Source of the DNA: Pseudomonadota bacterium
GTDB lineage: Bacteria > Bdellovibrionota_B > Oligoflexia > Oligoflexales > CAIYRB01
NCBI GenBank assembly: GCA_031416315.1
Contig: JANOTL010000095.1
Location: 1 to 60,166, forward strand
DNA length: 60,166 bases
Direction: 5' to 3'
Position numbers and translations under genes: made by a program. Positions 1 through 9,928 of this stretch are shown here, piece after piece. The notes under the pieces are model-generated. The model saw nothing but the letters and a program-made list of their open reading frames with translations, was not told the DNA's origin and did not search any database. Numbering within the stretch: position 1 is the first letter of the stretch; every line of letters starts with the position of its first letter.

Positions 1-117
1 CACCGACTCGGCGGCGCGCACCAGCTGATCCTTGAGACGCCGGCTCGGCAGACGCAGAGCCCGTACCAGGTGATAGAAACGAATCGCTGCCTTCAACGAC
101 CGGAACTCATAAGCCAT
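1..117 (-). CDS. Four-helix bundle protein (23S rRNA IVS/bAvd-like family), 5' part only
   Basis: Manual translation MAYEFRSLKAAIRFYHLVRALRLPSRRLKDQLVRAAESV...; 'LKDQLxRAAxSV' is typical of the family; GGAGGT RBS at 124-129 (minus strand); runs off the window start. Confidence 0.7.
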   Translation of the reverse strand, partial: MAYEFRSLKAAIRFYHLVRALRLPSRRLKDQLVRAAESV

Positions 118-308
118 GTCGATACCTCCGTTGGCTTTCGACCGGACGAAGAAACCAATCGGCGGCGGGCGGCAACAAGAATCCGCCGGACATCAGCCGC
201 CGGGCGGTCGCCAGCGGCCGGCGACCGAAGAACCGGGAGTGGCACCGGTCTTCCCGCCACGGCTTCCGGAGCCCTGGAACGGCGAGCGCTTAAAATGCGC
301 TAGCCGTG

Positions 309-1751
309 TCAAGCAGCAGGGTCGACCTGGGACGATGGCGAAGCTTTCGCTTCCTTGGTGACAATCAACAAGGTGCGGCCGGAGGGACCGGTTCCTCCCG
401 GCGCCTTGTCGAGGATAGCTGTTTGGACGAAGGCGGCGTTGCGCACCACGTCGAGCTCCTCCTCGAAGAAGTCGAGGACGCGCGCTACGGCCGCGCCGCC
501 CGTGAGTCCCGCGTCGCCGAGGAAAAGCAGGTCGCCGTCGTCGAGAAGGACGGGACAGCTCGCCGGCTCGACGCCTAAGCCGGCACCGAGGAAGGCCGAG
601 CCCAACGAGTAGTGGCGGCAACCGTCCCGCGAAAGGACGAAGAATCCGGGTCCACCGCAGTTCAAGAGCTCGACCGTCCCGTCGAGACCGACCGACACGA
701 CCATGAAGCTCGTCGTCACTTGCCGCTCGAACAGGGTTGCGAGGCGCTCGTCGACCGCTGCAAGCGCGACGTCGAGCGCATCGCCGTGGGCCTTGCACTC
801 GTGCAAGGTGCTGATCACGGCCGCGACGCCGAGCGCCGCCTGCGCGCCGCGCCCGTTCACCTCGCCGACGAAGAAGCGGCGTTCCCCCGCGCGCTCCCAG
901 AAGTAGATCCACGCGCCACCGGACGCCTTCGGCTCGAATAGGAGCTGATAGACGAACATGCCGAAGCGGCCGTCACGCTCTTTCGAGAGCAATAACTCTT
1001 GGACCGCGACCCCGAGATCGTGGCTCGCATTGACGCGCTCCTCGCGCGTCGAGGCGACGCGCCGCCTCTTCTCCTCATAGTGCGCGCGGTGAAAGATCAC
1101 GAGATCGGCGAGAACGAGCAAGGCGAACGCTGCCGCGACCGCCTCGTCCAGCACGGTGTGCCAGCCAAGCTTCGCGTGCAACAGGTGCAAGGCTGCAAAG
1201 ACGCCAGCGCAGGCAGCAGCGGCCGCCACGTGACGCCGTCGGCGCGCCGGCAAGGGCCCCAGGCGCAGGACGCCGTGGACTGCCGCATAGCCAAGGGCAA
1301 CGGCGGCAAGGAGATCGGGCAACGCACCCTGAAGCAAGACGATTTCGCGCGCTGGCGACGGCAAGAGCAGCGAGGCGCCGCCGAAAACCAAAGAAAGAGC
1401 CAGGAAGGCCTTCTCGAGCCATCCGGGCGCGAAGGCGACGCGGTGGAAGCTCGCGAGGAAAGCCGCGAGCGCAAAGGCCCCGGAAAGGCGTGCGACCTCG
1501 GCATAAGGCGCAGGCGCTCCGGCGGCGGCAGCGACTATGGCCAAGAGGATCGTCATCCAACCGACGTCCGGATAACGCACGCCGGCCGCCCACATAACGC
1601 CGAACACGGCCGCGAGCGCTGCCGCTAGCCCCAGCGCCAAGGCTTCGAGAGAGATGCTTCCCGATGCAAGCCTGAGGGCGAGCACGCCTACGGCGAGCGC
1701 GAGACCTGCGAGCGGCAGATGGCGCCATGACCGTGAGACTGTTTGTGACAC
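309..1751 (-). CDS. Membrane protein with C-terminal degenerate SpoIIE/PP2C-like domain
   Basis: Multiple hydrophobic segments, then ASGGAW, FFVGEVNGRG, LLNCGGP, GDLLFLGDAGL resembling the SpoIIE fold; GTG start at 1751 after AAGGA is inferred. Confidence 0.6.
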   Translation of the reverse strand: MSQTVSRSWRHLPLAGLALAVGVLALRLASGSISLEALALGLAAALAAVFGVMWAAGVRYPDVGWMTILLAIVAAAAGAPAPYAEVARLSGAFALAAFLASFHRVAFAPGWLEKAFLALSLVFGGASLLLPSPAREIVLLQGALPDLLAAVALGYAAVHGVLRLGPLPARRRRHVAAAAACAGVFAALHLLHAKLGWHTVLDEAVAAAFALLVLADLVIFHRAHYEEKRRRVASTREERVNASHDLGVAVQELLLSKERDGRFGMFVYQLLFEPKASGGAWIYFWERAGERRFFVGEVNGRGAQAALGVAAVISTLHECKAHGDALDVALAAVDERLATLFERQVTTSFMVVSVGLDGTVELLNCGGPGFFVLSRDGCRHYSLGSAFLGAGLGVEPASCPVLLDDGDLLFLGDAGLTGGAAVARVLDFFEEELDVVRNAAFVQTAILDKAPGGTGPSGRTLLIVTKEAKASPSSQVDPAA

Positions 1752-1884
1752 GTCCTTGTCCACGGCGTTAAGATCGGAAGAATCGCCAATGGTTTTAGGA
1801 CTTTCCTTTAAGTTGCGGGAATCGCAAAAGGAAGTGATCCCAGGTCCGCCGCGGGCGCGGCCTTGGCCGTTTCGGGACGGCGCC

Positions 1885-2286
1885 TTACGGCATTTGCCCG
1901 CGTAGGATTTCCACGAGCGCATTCAGCGCATCGGTCGACGTAAAGATCCCGACGATCTCGCCGTTGGCGCTGACGACCGCTGAGCCGATCTTGTGCTTCG
2001 ACATCTGCAGGACCACGTCTTCCAGAGACGTGCCGGACTCGACCGTGTAGGGGTCCTTTACCATGACGTCCTGAGCCGTGATCGCATCCGTGCCTTCGCA
2101 GTGATCGAGGATGCGTAGATCCCGATCGCTGATGATGCCGACTGCCTTGCGATCGTCGACTACAGGAACGTGTCGGACTCCGTACTCTCGCATGATGTCG
2201 CGAATACGCGGGACGGTGGCGCGCGAGTCGACGGTAAGCGGGCTTGGGGTCGTGTACTCATCGACCGGGATCTTGAGTCGGCGCAT
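1885..2286 (-). CDS. CBS-domain pair protein
   Basis: VRHVPVVD..VGIISDRD and IGSAVV...VGIFTSTD motifs; ATG at 2286 with AGGAG RBS. Confidence 0.85.
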   Translation of the reverse strand: MRRLKIPVDEYTTPSPLTVDSRATVPRIRDIMREYGVRHVPVVDDRKAVGIISDRDLRILDHCEGTDAITAQDVMVKDPYTVESGTSLEDVVLQMSKHKIGSAVVSANGEIVGIFTSTDALNALVEILRGQMP

Positions 2287-2301
2287 GAGGATTTCTCCTT
2301 G

Positions 2302-2329
2302 TGGCCCTGAATATGCAGATTCCGAGCCA
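2302..2329. promoter_or_regulatory. Two overlapping opposite-facing putative sigma54 promoters (USP and CBS genes)
   Basis: + strand TGGCCCTGAATATGCA (2302-2317) and - strand TGGCTCGGAATCTGCA (2329-2314), both GG-N10-GC, sharing the TGCA. Confidence 0.5.
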
Positions 2330-2353
2330 ACTCGAACTGTAGGAGATCCCGCC

Positions 2354-3382
2354 ATGCCGAGCTCGCAACCCGCCCTGATGGCTCCCCCTCGCGGCGTCCT
2401 CGTGGCCGCCGTCGCTTTCGACGACCAGACCGAGCACTTGACGCGGACGGTCGTCAGCCTCGCCGAGCGCTTCGACATGGAGGCTCGCTTCGTCAACGTC
2501 ATCGACGCGATGAACGCCGACCCTTGGCTGATGGAGATGCCGACGCACTACATGGCGCTGCCGCTTTACCGAGAGACGCAAGACAAGATGATCTTGGAGA
2601 GGCGGAAGCTATTGAGCGAGGTCGTCAGCAGCACCCGCCTGCACGCGCGCGCCCATGGTGAGGTCATCTCCGGCGACCCGGCAGAGGCCGTCGTCGCTTA
2701 CGCGCGTCTGCATCGCGCGAACATGATCGTCACGGCGTGCAGCTCGAGCTCCTATCGCATGATTCCGAAGGGCTTCTCGACGGCGCTCTCCCTGATGGCG
2801 GACGCGCCGCTGCCCGTCCTAGTGACGAGTCGTGAGCGCCCGCTCGATTTTCGCAGCGCCTCGCTCTCGATCCTTTTCTGCGACGACCTGCAGCCAAGCA
2901 CCCACGAGGCGGCGCTCCGATGCTTTGAGCTCGCATGGCGCCTCGGACGCAGCCGCGTGCGGCAGGTGCACGTGCACGGCGACTTCCGGGAGATGGTCAA
3001 GGATTCCTGGTCCGACATGGCGGCGCACAATCCGGCACTCGCACGTGAGCACGACTCGCCGGAGTCCTTCCTGTCGCGCGAATACGAGGAACGCCTCTCG
3101 ACCCTCAAGGGCCGTGGCATGCCGTACCGCCAACGCGCGGAAGACGCGGGCGTCAAGATCGAGGTCGACGTGCGCACTGGCAAAGTCCACGACGAGATTC
3201 ACGAGGCGACGCTCGCCGCGGACCCGGACCTTCTCGTCTTCGGCCGTCACAAGTTCTTTCGGGCCCGCCCCTTCCTCGTCGGCCGGATGTCCTTTCGCGC
3301 TATGCTGCATGAGCAACGCTCGGTGCTGATGGTGCCACCGAGCGAAGCGCTCTACACGAACCTGCCGTTTCCGGCTCAGTGA
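2354..3382 (+). CDS. Tandem-domain universal stress protein
   Basis: VAAVAFD, GDPAEAVVAYA, ILFCDDL, DLLVFGRH; ATG 2354 after AGGAG. Confidence 0.8.
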   Translation: MPSSQPALMAPPRGVLVAAVAFDDQTEHLTRTVVSLAERFDMEARFVNVIDAMNADPWLMEMPTHYMALPLYRETQDKMILERRKLLSEVVSSTRLHARAHGEVISGDPAEAVVAYARLHRANMIVTACSSSSYRMIPKGFSTALSLMADAPLPVLVTSRERPLDFRSASLSILFCDDLQPSTHEAALRCFELAWRLGRSRVRQVHVHGDFREMVKDSWSDMAAHNPALAREHDSPESFLSREYEERLSTLKGRGMPYRQRAEDAGVKIEVDVRTGKVHDEIHEATLAADPDLLVFGRHKFFRARPFLVGRMSFRAMLHEQRSVLMVPPSEALYTNLPFPAQ

Positions 3383-4371
3383 GGGACGACGACGAGCGGC
3401 TTGTGTAGGGCCATCATCGCGGCAAACGGCAGTCGGCCCAGGAAAAATGGCCGCGTGTGCAGGGTGCGATGCCGACCGAAGATCAAGACATCCGGACGGA
3501 CGGCATCGACGTAGGCCGCTAGCTCCGTCTTGACGTTGCCGGTGAGCACTTCCGGGACGTACAGCCCGCCGGCGGCTTCGAGATATTCACGAAACGGAGC
3601 GGCGCGCGCGGCGAGCTGATCTTGCAGGTGCCGATCGAGCGCGCTGAAGACGTCGCCGAACGACTTGGACGTGTCGATGGGCGTGTGCGAGGCCGCGGCG
3701 GCCGTCTCGAGCCCGGAGCGCAGATTTTCCGGCGTCATACCGTTGACGTGGAGATGGTGCAGCACCGTGCGGCCTGAGAGCGTCCCCAAGTCGAAGGCGA
3801 GCGCGACCGCGGACTCCGCCTCAGGGCTCATGTCGTCGGCGAGGAGAATCGTAAGCTTCTCGTTGGGGAAAATCGAGCCGCCGCTCGCTGCATAGAGCTC
3901 CGTATCGACCGCCATCACTGGCACGTCGGAGCCTGCAAGGAGGGAGAGCGCCGTCGAGATCCCGCGCCATTGAAAGGTCTTCGCTTTCGAGTCGGCGCCG
4001 ATCAGGAGCAGGGCAGAGCCCGCCTCTTCGGCGCCGCGTCCGATCGTCTCCGCCGGCTTACCGAAGAGAATGGTCTTCTCGATCACGACGTGTGGGGGCA
4101 CCGTCGTGATGATCTCGTCGAGATTGCGCTCGGCGAGATCCTTGGCGCGCGTCTCGACCGCCAAGGTCACGTCCCAGAGTGGCGAGCCTTCGTCGGCGAA
4201 AGGATGCGAATGGGCACGGTCCATCCAAGGCTCGACGACATGGAGTAGATTGAGCTTTTTGCCGGTGCGTAGGCAAAGCTCCGCGCCAAGGCGAACGAGC
4301 GGCGTCGAGTGCCGGTCGAAGGCCACGGCGACGGTGATGAACTGGCGTGCGTCGAGAAAGGAATGCTTCAT
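3376..4371 (-). CDS. Tandem-domain universal stress protein
   Basis: ITVAVAFD, LLHVVEP, GKPAETI, ILLADD, DVLIFGRH. Confidence 0.8.
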   Translation of the reverse strand: MKHSFLDARQFITVAVAFDRHSTPLVRLGAELCLRTGKKLNLLHVVEPWMDRAHSHPFADEGSPLWDVTLAVETRAKDLAERNLDEIITTVPPHVVIEKTILFGKPAETIGRGAEEAGSALLLIGADSKAKTFQWRGISTALSLLAGSDVPVMAVDTELYAASGGSIFPNEKLTILLADDMSPEAESAVALAFDLGTLSGRTVLHHLHVNGMTPENLRSGLETAAAASHTPIDTSKSFGDVFSALDRHLQDQLAARAAPFREYLEAAGGLYVPEVLTGNVKTELAAYVDAVRPDVLIFGRHRTLHTRPFFLGRLPFAAMMALHKPLVVVPH

Positions 4372-4380
4372 CGGCTCACC

Positions 4381-5130
4381 TCATTCCGTGGTGACGGTGA
4401 AGAGCTCGACCACCGACTTCCCTTCGGCGGCTTTCACGTGCAGGAGCTTGCGACCCTCGCTCAGGCCATTGGGGAGGTGCGCGAGCCATTGCGTCGGCAG
4501 GCTGGCGGCACGGCATGCGGCGCCATCGTTGTCCGGCAATATCGTGATCGACGGGACGATCTCGACCGTCTTCTCCGTCACGCTCACCGCGACCTCGTCC
4601 CACCGCATGCAAGTGTCGGTGAATCGAGCGGTGAGGACTGCGAAGTAAGTGTCGGTCGCGTCGTCACGCTCGACTTTCGCATGGGTGACGTTGGCGATCT
4701 GCGCCCCGTCGGGTCCGCCGCTTTCAGCCTCGTGCACCGTCAGAGTCGCTTCGGGCGCGCCTTTCGCTTCGACGCCGAAGTCCCCGATCGGCAGCACGCC
4801 AACCGTGGCCGTGCGCCAGAATGGAACCAGCACCTGGGCGCACACGCCGCAGCGATTGACCTCGGCGTACTGCACGACGGTAATTTTTTGCGTGCTTCGA
4901 TCCAAGGTCGCCTCGGTGCGCGCCGCCTTGTAGCACGTGTTGGGAAGATTACCGGCGACCACGACCGTCACGTCGTCGTTATCGTCGAGCGTCTGCGGCA
5001 GGAACAGCTCGTCGATCGCCACGAGCTCGAGACCATCGTCTCGCAGTGGTGTGACCTCGTAGCACAACGGATCGGTAGGCGCAGCCTGCGCGCTGAGAGT
5101 GACCAACGCGGACAACATCATGTTCAACAT
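4381..5130 (-). CDS. Secreted hypothetical protein with Cys-containing repeated domain
   Basis: Signal-like N-terminus MLNMMLSALVTLSAQA; GNLPNTCY / ARFTDTCM internal repeat; GGAGG RBS. Confidence 0.6.
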   Translation of the reverse strand: MLNMMLSALVTLSAQAAPTDPLCYEVTPLRDDGLELVAIDELFLPQTLDDNDDVTVVVAGNLPNTCYKAARTEATLDRSTQKITVVQYAEVNRCGVCAQVLVPFWRTATVGVLPIGDFGVEAKGAPEATLTVHEAESGGPDGAQIANVTHAKVERDDATDTYFAVLTARFTDTCMRWDEVAVSVTEKTVEIVPSITILPDNDGAACRAASLPTQWLAHLPNGLSEGRKLLHVKAAEGKSVVELFTVTTE

Positions 5131-5269
5131 GGGGACCTCCTGAAGACGCCACGATGCTTGCAACAACGAGACCATTGTCTCGTCGTCGCGCCGCGTCGGG
5201 CGAATGCTTCAGCCTGTCGCGTCAACCATACAGTCGCGTCGCCGTTGATGCAGGGGCCTCAGCCGCTTT

Positions 5270-6553
5270 TCAATCGCGCACGCAGATGAGACGCGCAATC
5301 CGCGCGCATGAGCGAACGGTCGCACCGAGCCATCCCGCTTCCTTGCTCAGGAGGTCCGCGGTCTTCGCTTTGCTCGACAGCGTCGTGCTCGCCCATTCAT
5401 CGCAGTTCCCACTAGCACTGCCGTTCCATGCTTGCAGAGCGAACTGTTGAAGCTTGAGGGTCCCGACCGATATCGGAACGGAGATCGGTTGGGCGTTCTC
5501 GTCGAGGTCGAGGGGGGCCTCGAGAGGGCCGTATCTGAGCTGGGTCCCCGTTTTCGCCACGACGGTACCGTTCACGAGTTGAAAGCTCGAGAGCTCGTCG
5601 ATGCCGAGACGTGCCGCGGCCGTTTCTTGCGCAGAGTCGAGGTAGGCGCGCCAAGAGCCGACTAGCTTTGCGGCCTGCGCGAGTCGCAAGCAACGCTCGT
5701 CGGCGAACGCCGCGCCGCCGAAATTCGCCGCGAAGGCCTCCGAGGAGGCGAAGACGACCCGCGTGGTCGGGAGCGCCAAGTCCGGGAAGAGCGGGCCGCC
5801 CATGCCTTCTTTAATCTCGCCGCCATCAGTACCAAAATCTTCCTCGGGCGAAATGATGACGCTAGGATCTTGCTTCAAGGCGCCGCTCGCGATCTGGATC
5901 ACGACCTCCGGAAACACTTCGGCAACGAACGACGAGGCAATGCCCTTAGCGAAATCGGCGATCAACGCCTCGAGGAAAGACGTAAACGCGCCATCGCTCG
6001 TCCAAGGAAAGTCGAAGGCCTCGGCCTTCGCCTGCCCGGCGACGGAGCCGTTGCCGACGACGAACCGCACCTCGGAGACCGTCGAGGTCTCTTCCAACGG
6101 TAGCTTGAAGCCCAAGGTCCAAGGCGCCGTCGTCGTCTTCGCGACGCGGACGGCATCGCGCGCGACGCCCGCTTTGTCCTGGATCTCGATCTTGACGATC
6201 GACTCGGGGGGCACGTCCTTGCCGTTCTGCGTGATACGGCAGGCGGTGACCTCTTCCGAGACGCGTGCGTCGCCGACGAAGGAGACGTTCGTGTCGGCCG
6301 AGCAGGAAGCGAGATAAAGGCCGGAGACGTTTGCCGAGGTTCCGGCGGGTCCGATCGCCTCGTCCGATGTGCCGCTGCCAACCGCGGCGGAATGATCGCC
6401 GCTGCCTTCGTCGGAGCCGGTGCCGACATCCGAAGCGGTGCCGCTGGTTCCGTTCGCCGTCGCTTTCGTGCGCACGTGCGCGTCCGTCCCGGCGCTGCAA
6501 GCAGCCGTCACGAGCGCGAGAAGACCCATCTTTATCAGGGGCGAGTACCGCAT
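5270..6553 (-). CDS. Lipoprotein with C-terminal DUF1554/endostatin-like (C-type-lectin-like) domain
   Basis: Lipobox VTAAC; C-terminus FGGAAFADERC..LA...WRAYL...NCDEW...C....LICV. Confidence 0.65.
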   Translation of the reverse strand: MRYSPLIKMGLLALVTAACSAGTDAHVRTKATANGTSGTASDVGTGSDEGSGDHSAAVGSGTSDEAIGPAGTSANVSGLYLASCSADTNVSFVGDARVSEEVTACRITQNGKDVPPESIVKIEIQDKAGVARDAVRVAKTTTAPWTLGFKLPLEETSTVSEVRFVVGNGSVAGQAKAEAFDFPWTSDGAFTSFLEALIADFAKGIASSFVAEVFPEVVIQIASGALKQDPSVIISPEEDFGTDGGEIKEGMGGPLFPDLALPTTRVVFASSEAFAANFGGAAFADERCLRLAQAAKLVGSWRAYLDSAQETAAARLGIDELSSFQLVNGTVVAKTGTQLRYGPLEAPLDLDENAQPISVPISVGTLKLQQFALQAWNGSASGNCDEWASTTLSSKAKTADLLSKEAGWLGATVRSCARIARLICVRD

Positions 6554-6590
6554 GGACCTTGGTTCGGCAGAAGCCCGCCCCGCCTTGAGA

Positions 6591-7562
6591 CTAACGCGGG
6601 GAGGTACAGATCCCCGAGCCTGATCCGTCTGTTACGTCGATCGCCCAGGTGTATCTTCCGGGCAAAGACTCGTCGTCCCACGCGACCTTGAAGTAGCCTG
6701 CGTCGCCCCAGCCCTCGCCCCAGCTGTTGCGCGCGATCCAGGCGCGCTCGGCGTCGCTCCAGCCGACGAGAACGATCGCGTGGCTACCGATCTTCGCGCC
6801 GGCGACGTGGCGGTACACGCCGGAATCGTAGAGCGCGAGGTCTTCGAAGAGCAACATGTTGGAGACGAGCGGCCCGCGGACGAGCGCCCGCTTGATCGCC
6901 TCGACGTCGACGAATCCCGTGGTCGGCCGCGTGTAGGCGAACCCTTTAATCGAGCGTGACGGCGCGTCGGAGCATGCTTCGGAGCAGGAGACGTCGCGCC
7001 CATTGGTGCTCGCGTACTGTAAACACGAGGTGTCGGGTACCCCCGCGTCGACGAGGTAGTCGACCGCGTCGGAGAGCTTCCAGCCGCTCTTGCAGTTGCC
7101 GCCGCCGCAGGAGAAGAAGTGCTGGCGCGACAGGTCGAACGAGCGCCGCGGCGTCTCGCAGACGATGTTGAGGCGCGCCTCTAACGCCGCCATCGTCGCG
7201 AAAGAGACGCAGCTACCGCAGTCGCCTTGACGCACCGTCGCCGGCGGCATGTAGGATATGCCGCTACGATTGCGCCAATCGAAGCTCGCGGGCATGGGAC
7301 CGGCGCGCTGCGCTTCTGCTTGCTCATCGTCGTCCGACGCCGTCAGCTGCGGACCGCCGATCAGCGTGCGCAGCGGCGCCTCGTCCTCGTCGATCAAGCC
7401 GCCGACGCCGATCAGCCGGGCGTCGAGATCTTTCGGCTCGATGCCGACCGGCTTCCAATCAACATCGGCGTCGCGCATCGCTTGCTGCAACTTATCGAGC
7501 GACAGGGCGCCGGCAAGGGCCGGCGTCGAGGCGAGGAGGATGGTGATGAGCAGGGACCGCAT
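6591..7562 (-). CDS. Papain-family (C1A) cysteine peptidase, secreted
   Basis: FDWR, QGDCGSCVSF (catalytic Cys), HAIVLVGW (His), RNSWGEGWG (Asn). Confidence 0.9.
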   Translation of the reverse strand: MRSLLITILLASTPALAGALSLDKLQQAMRDADVDWKPVGIEPKDLDARLIGVGGLIDEDEAPLRTLIGGPQLTASDDDEQAEAQRAGPMPASFDWRNRSGISYMPPATVRQGDCGSCVSFATMAALEARLNIVCETPRRSFDLSRQHFFSCGGGNCKSGWKLSDAVDYLVDAGVPDTSCLQYASTNGRDVSCSEACSDAPSRSIKGFAYTRPTTGFVDVEAIKRALVRGPLVSNMLLFEDLALYDSGVYRHVAGAKIGSHAIVLVGWSDAERAWIARNSWGEGWGDAGYFKVAWDDESLPGRYTWAIDVTDGSGSGICTSPR

Positions 7563-7589
7563 TCCGTAAAAATATCACGAATCACGTGC

Positions 7590-7605
7590 TGGAATCGATC
7601 TTGCT
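7590..7605 (+). promoter_or_regulatory. Putative sigma54 promoter
   Basis: TGGAATCGATCTTGCT (GG-N10-GC) about 40 nt upstream of the USP-like ATG. Confidence 0.55.
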
Positions 7606-7643
7606 CCATCATTTTCATCCCCGCGTCCCCTACGGAGTCGCTC

Positions 7644-8324
7644 ATGAATGCTCCCGCCGCCGTTCGCCTCCTGCCCATCGTCGCAGCCACCGACGAGCCG
7701 ACCTTTCTCATCGAAGCAATGCGGCGTTTTTGCCCGGGAACCGGCCTGGAGTTTGCGGTGCCCGAGGCCGAGGCCCATCTCATCGTCGCCCTGGCGCCCG
7801 AAGGAAACGGAGCGGACGCAGCTCGGCGTCTCGCGCAAACGCTGCGGGAGCGAATGGCGCGCTACGCACTCCCGGCGTTGGTCATACCGCGCCAAGCGAC
7901 GCCTGGCGCGACCGACGAGGAGCTTTCGATTCTTTTAGCCGACGACCTCGAGCGCAATACGTCGGGAACCGTGCGGGCCACGGAGCAGCTCGTGTCGCTG
8001 CTCGGCGCGCGCGTCGAGCTGATGCATCTGCACGTTCGCAAAGCGGTGCGCGGCGGCGCTCGCGAAGCGAAGGCGATTTTGGAGCGACTGGAGCAGCGCG
8101 GCAAGCGCTTGCGCGCGCTCGTCGAGCAACTCGGCGGCGTCTATTTGCCTGAGCTTTGGGAAGGCCGCGTGCGCGAGGAGCTCACGAGAGCAGCCGACAC
8201 GAGCCGCCGGCAGGTCTGCGTTTTCGGACCGCACCGCGCTGTTCACTTGAAACCGCTTGCGTTGGGTAGCATGCCCTACGAAGCGATGCTCAAGATGAAC
8301 GGAGCCGTCCTGTTTACGATGTAG
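7644..8324 (+). CDS. Universal stress protein-like
   Basis: ILLADDL, LMHLHV, VCVFGPHR...LGSMPYEAM; paralogous to neighbouring USPs. Confidence 0.7.
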   Translation: MNAPAAVRLLPIVAATDEPTFLIEAMRRFCPGTGLEFAVPEAEAHLIVALAPEGNGADAARRLAQTLRERMARYALPALVIPRQATPGATDEELSILLADDLERNTSGTVRATEQLVSLLGARVELMHLHVRKAVRGGAREAKAILERLEQRGKRLRALVEQLGGVYLPELWEGRVREELTRAADTSRRQVCVFGPHRAVHLKPLALGSMPYEAMLKMNGAVLFTM

Positions 8325-8419
8325 GTCTACGGCTACAGGTGATGCGCGGCGACTCCAGGACAGAACGAAGGCCACCAGCGTCAAGCTGATGACCTTCGCA
8401 ATGCAGGCAGCTCACGCCG

Positions 8420-8887
8420 TCATGAATGCAACGGGCGTTCCACCGTGCCGGAACCGCTCCGTCTCGCTAGCATTTTCAACCGAGCTTGCTCGAATCGAAT
8501 GACTGCCGCGGCGTCGACGCTATCACTCATCTCCAGCGCCTCCTGCTCCACGCGCGCTGCACGGTAGAGGTCGAGCTCGGCGATGCGACGGACCTTGTGC
8601 GACCGGAGCTTCTCCTTTTGCCGGCGAAGGCGCCGGTCCAATTTGTCGGCCAGGATGTCGATGCAAGAGTACATGTTCTCCGGATCCGCGTGCTCGACGG
8701 TCACGGAGAACCCCGTTCCGCTCACCTGGCATTGCGCGCGGTGATGGTCACCGTCGACGTCGAAGGTCACGTGTGCCACGAGCGGATCGAGGCTGTATTT
8801 ACCGATACGCTCGCCGAGCTTCTTCTCGGCATAGGCGTACAGCGGCAGGGAGCTGTCCATGTGCTTGAAGTAGGCGCGAAATTCCAT
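8420..8887 (-). CDS. hpf: Ribosome hibernation promoting factor (HPF/RaiA family)
   Basis: KHMDSSLPLYAYAEKKL, NMYSCIDILADKLDRRLRRQKEKLRSH. Confidence 0.85.
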   Translation of the reverse strand: MEFRAYFKHMDSSLPLYAYAEKKLGERIGKYSLDPLVAHVTFDVDGDHHRAQCQVSGTGFSVTVEHADPENMYSCIDILADKLDRRLRRQKEKLRSHKVRRIAELDLYRAARVEQEALEMSDSVDAAAVIRFEQARLKMLARRSGSGTVERPLHS

Positions 8888-8904
8888 GGCCCGAACCTCC
8901 GACC

Positions 8905-9879
8905 TTAGTGACAAGGGACGACGGCGACGCAGCGGGGCTGCGACAACATCGTTTTGAAGGGGACTTGTCCGACGTGCACCGTCTCGCGATGGAAGACCCG
9001 ATGCTGTCCGAAGATGACGACGTCCGCGCGGCTGGCGCAGGCGGTGCGCTCGATCTCGTCTGCGACGCGACCGCACACGGCTTCGGCGTGATAGCGGCCG
9101 CCCTTGCTCAAGAGCTCGCGTCGGCGGGATCCGGCGCGCTCGGCGAGCTGCGCCTCGGCGCTCTCGCCGGCGCGGACGATGTCGTCCGGCGTCAGCGGTC
9201 GGCCGTTTCGCGCGCCGCTGCGGGCTCTGGGACCGGTCTCGCCGAAGCTTTCGACGTGGAGATGCGTCAGCTCCGCCTCCCGTACGGAAAGCGCCAGCGC
9301 AAAGGCGAGGTCGAGGGCGCCCGAGGCGACCTCGGAAAAGTCGTCGGCGACGACGACTCGCAAGCCCTTGGAGCGGTAAGGCAGGCTTGCCGCTTCGTTC
9401 AGGACGAAGACCGGCACGCGCGCCTCCATGATCAGGCTCACGGCCGTCGAGAAGCCCAGGGTCGTCTGGGCGCCTCCGCCCCGCCGGGCGCCGATGAGGA
9501 TGAAGCGCGCGCCGGAGCTCTCCGCGTCCTGGGCGAGGCTCCGGGTCACGTCGCCCTCTAGGACCTCCGTCTCGACCTCCTTCAGCTCGCTTGAGAGAGA
9601 GGCTGAGATGCGCTCGAGGCGGCGGGCGGCCGAACGGACCGCTTCCAGCTTGAGTGCCTCCACGAGATCCATCGGACCCTGCTCGACGGCGGTCGCTAGG
9701 AAGCTCTTCGTCCAAGGGTCGCAGACGTGCACGAGCCGCAACGGCGCGCCGCTCATAAGGGCTAGGGCTTCGGCCGCCTTCAAGATCTCCGCCAGGCGGT
9801 CGTCGAGCTGGATGGCGACCAGAATGGGTCCGCTTAGCTGGGTGCCAGGGGTCGGGCGAGGACCTTCTTTGGCGCGCAT
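8905..9879 (-). CDS. Tandem-domain universal stress protein
   Basis: ILVAIQL, LVHVCDPW, VVVADDFS, DVVIFGQHR. Confidence 0.8.
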   Translation of the reverse strand: MRAKEGPRPTPGTQLSGPILVAIQLDDRLAEILKAAEALALMSGAPLRLVHVCDPWTKSFLATAVEQGPMDLVEALKLEAVRSAARRLERISASLSSELKEVETEVLEGDVTRSLAQDAESSGARFILIGARRGGGAQTTLGFSTAVSLIMEARVPVFVLNEAASLPYRSKGLRVVVADDFSEVASGALDLAFALALSVREAELTHLHVESFGETGPRARSGARNGRPLTPDDIVRAGESAEAQLAERAGSRRRELLSKGGRYHAEAVCGRVADEIERTACASRADVVIFGQHRVFHRETVHVGQVPFKTMLSQPRCVAVVPCH

Positions 9880-9928
9880 GCTTCCTCCAGTCTCACGGAA
9901 AACTTTGCCGGTGGCCTTGGTTCTCCGA

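Noticed and set aside
1..117. Four-helix bundle gene as the Avd of a diversity-generating retroelement
   Set aside because: No reverse transcriptase or TR/VR repeat pair was found in the window; stand-alone members of this family are common.
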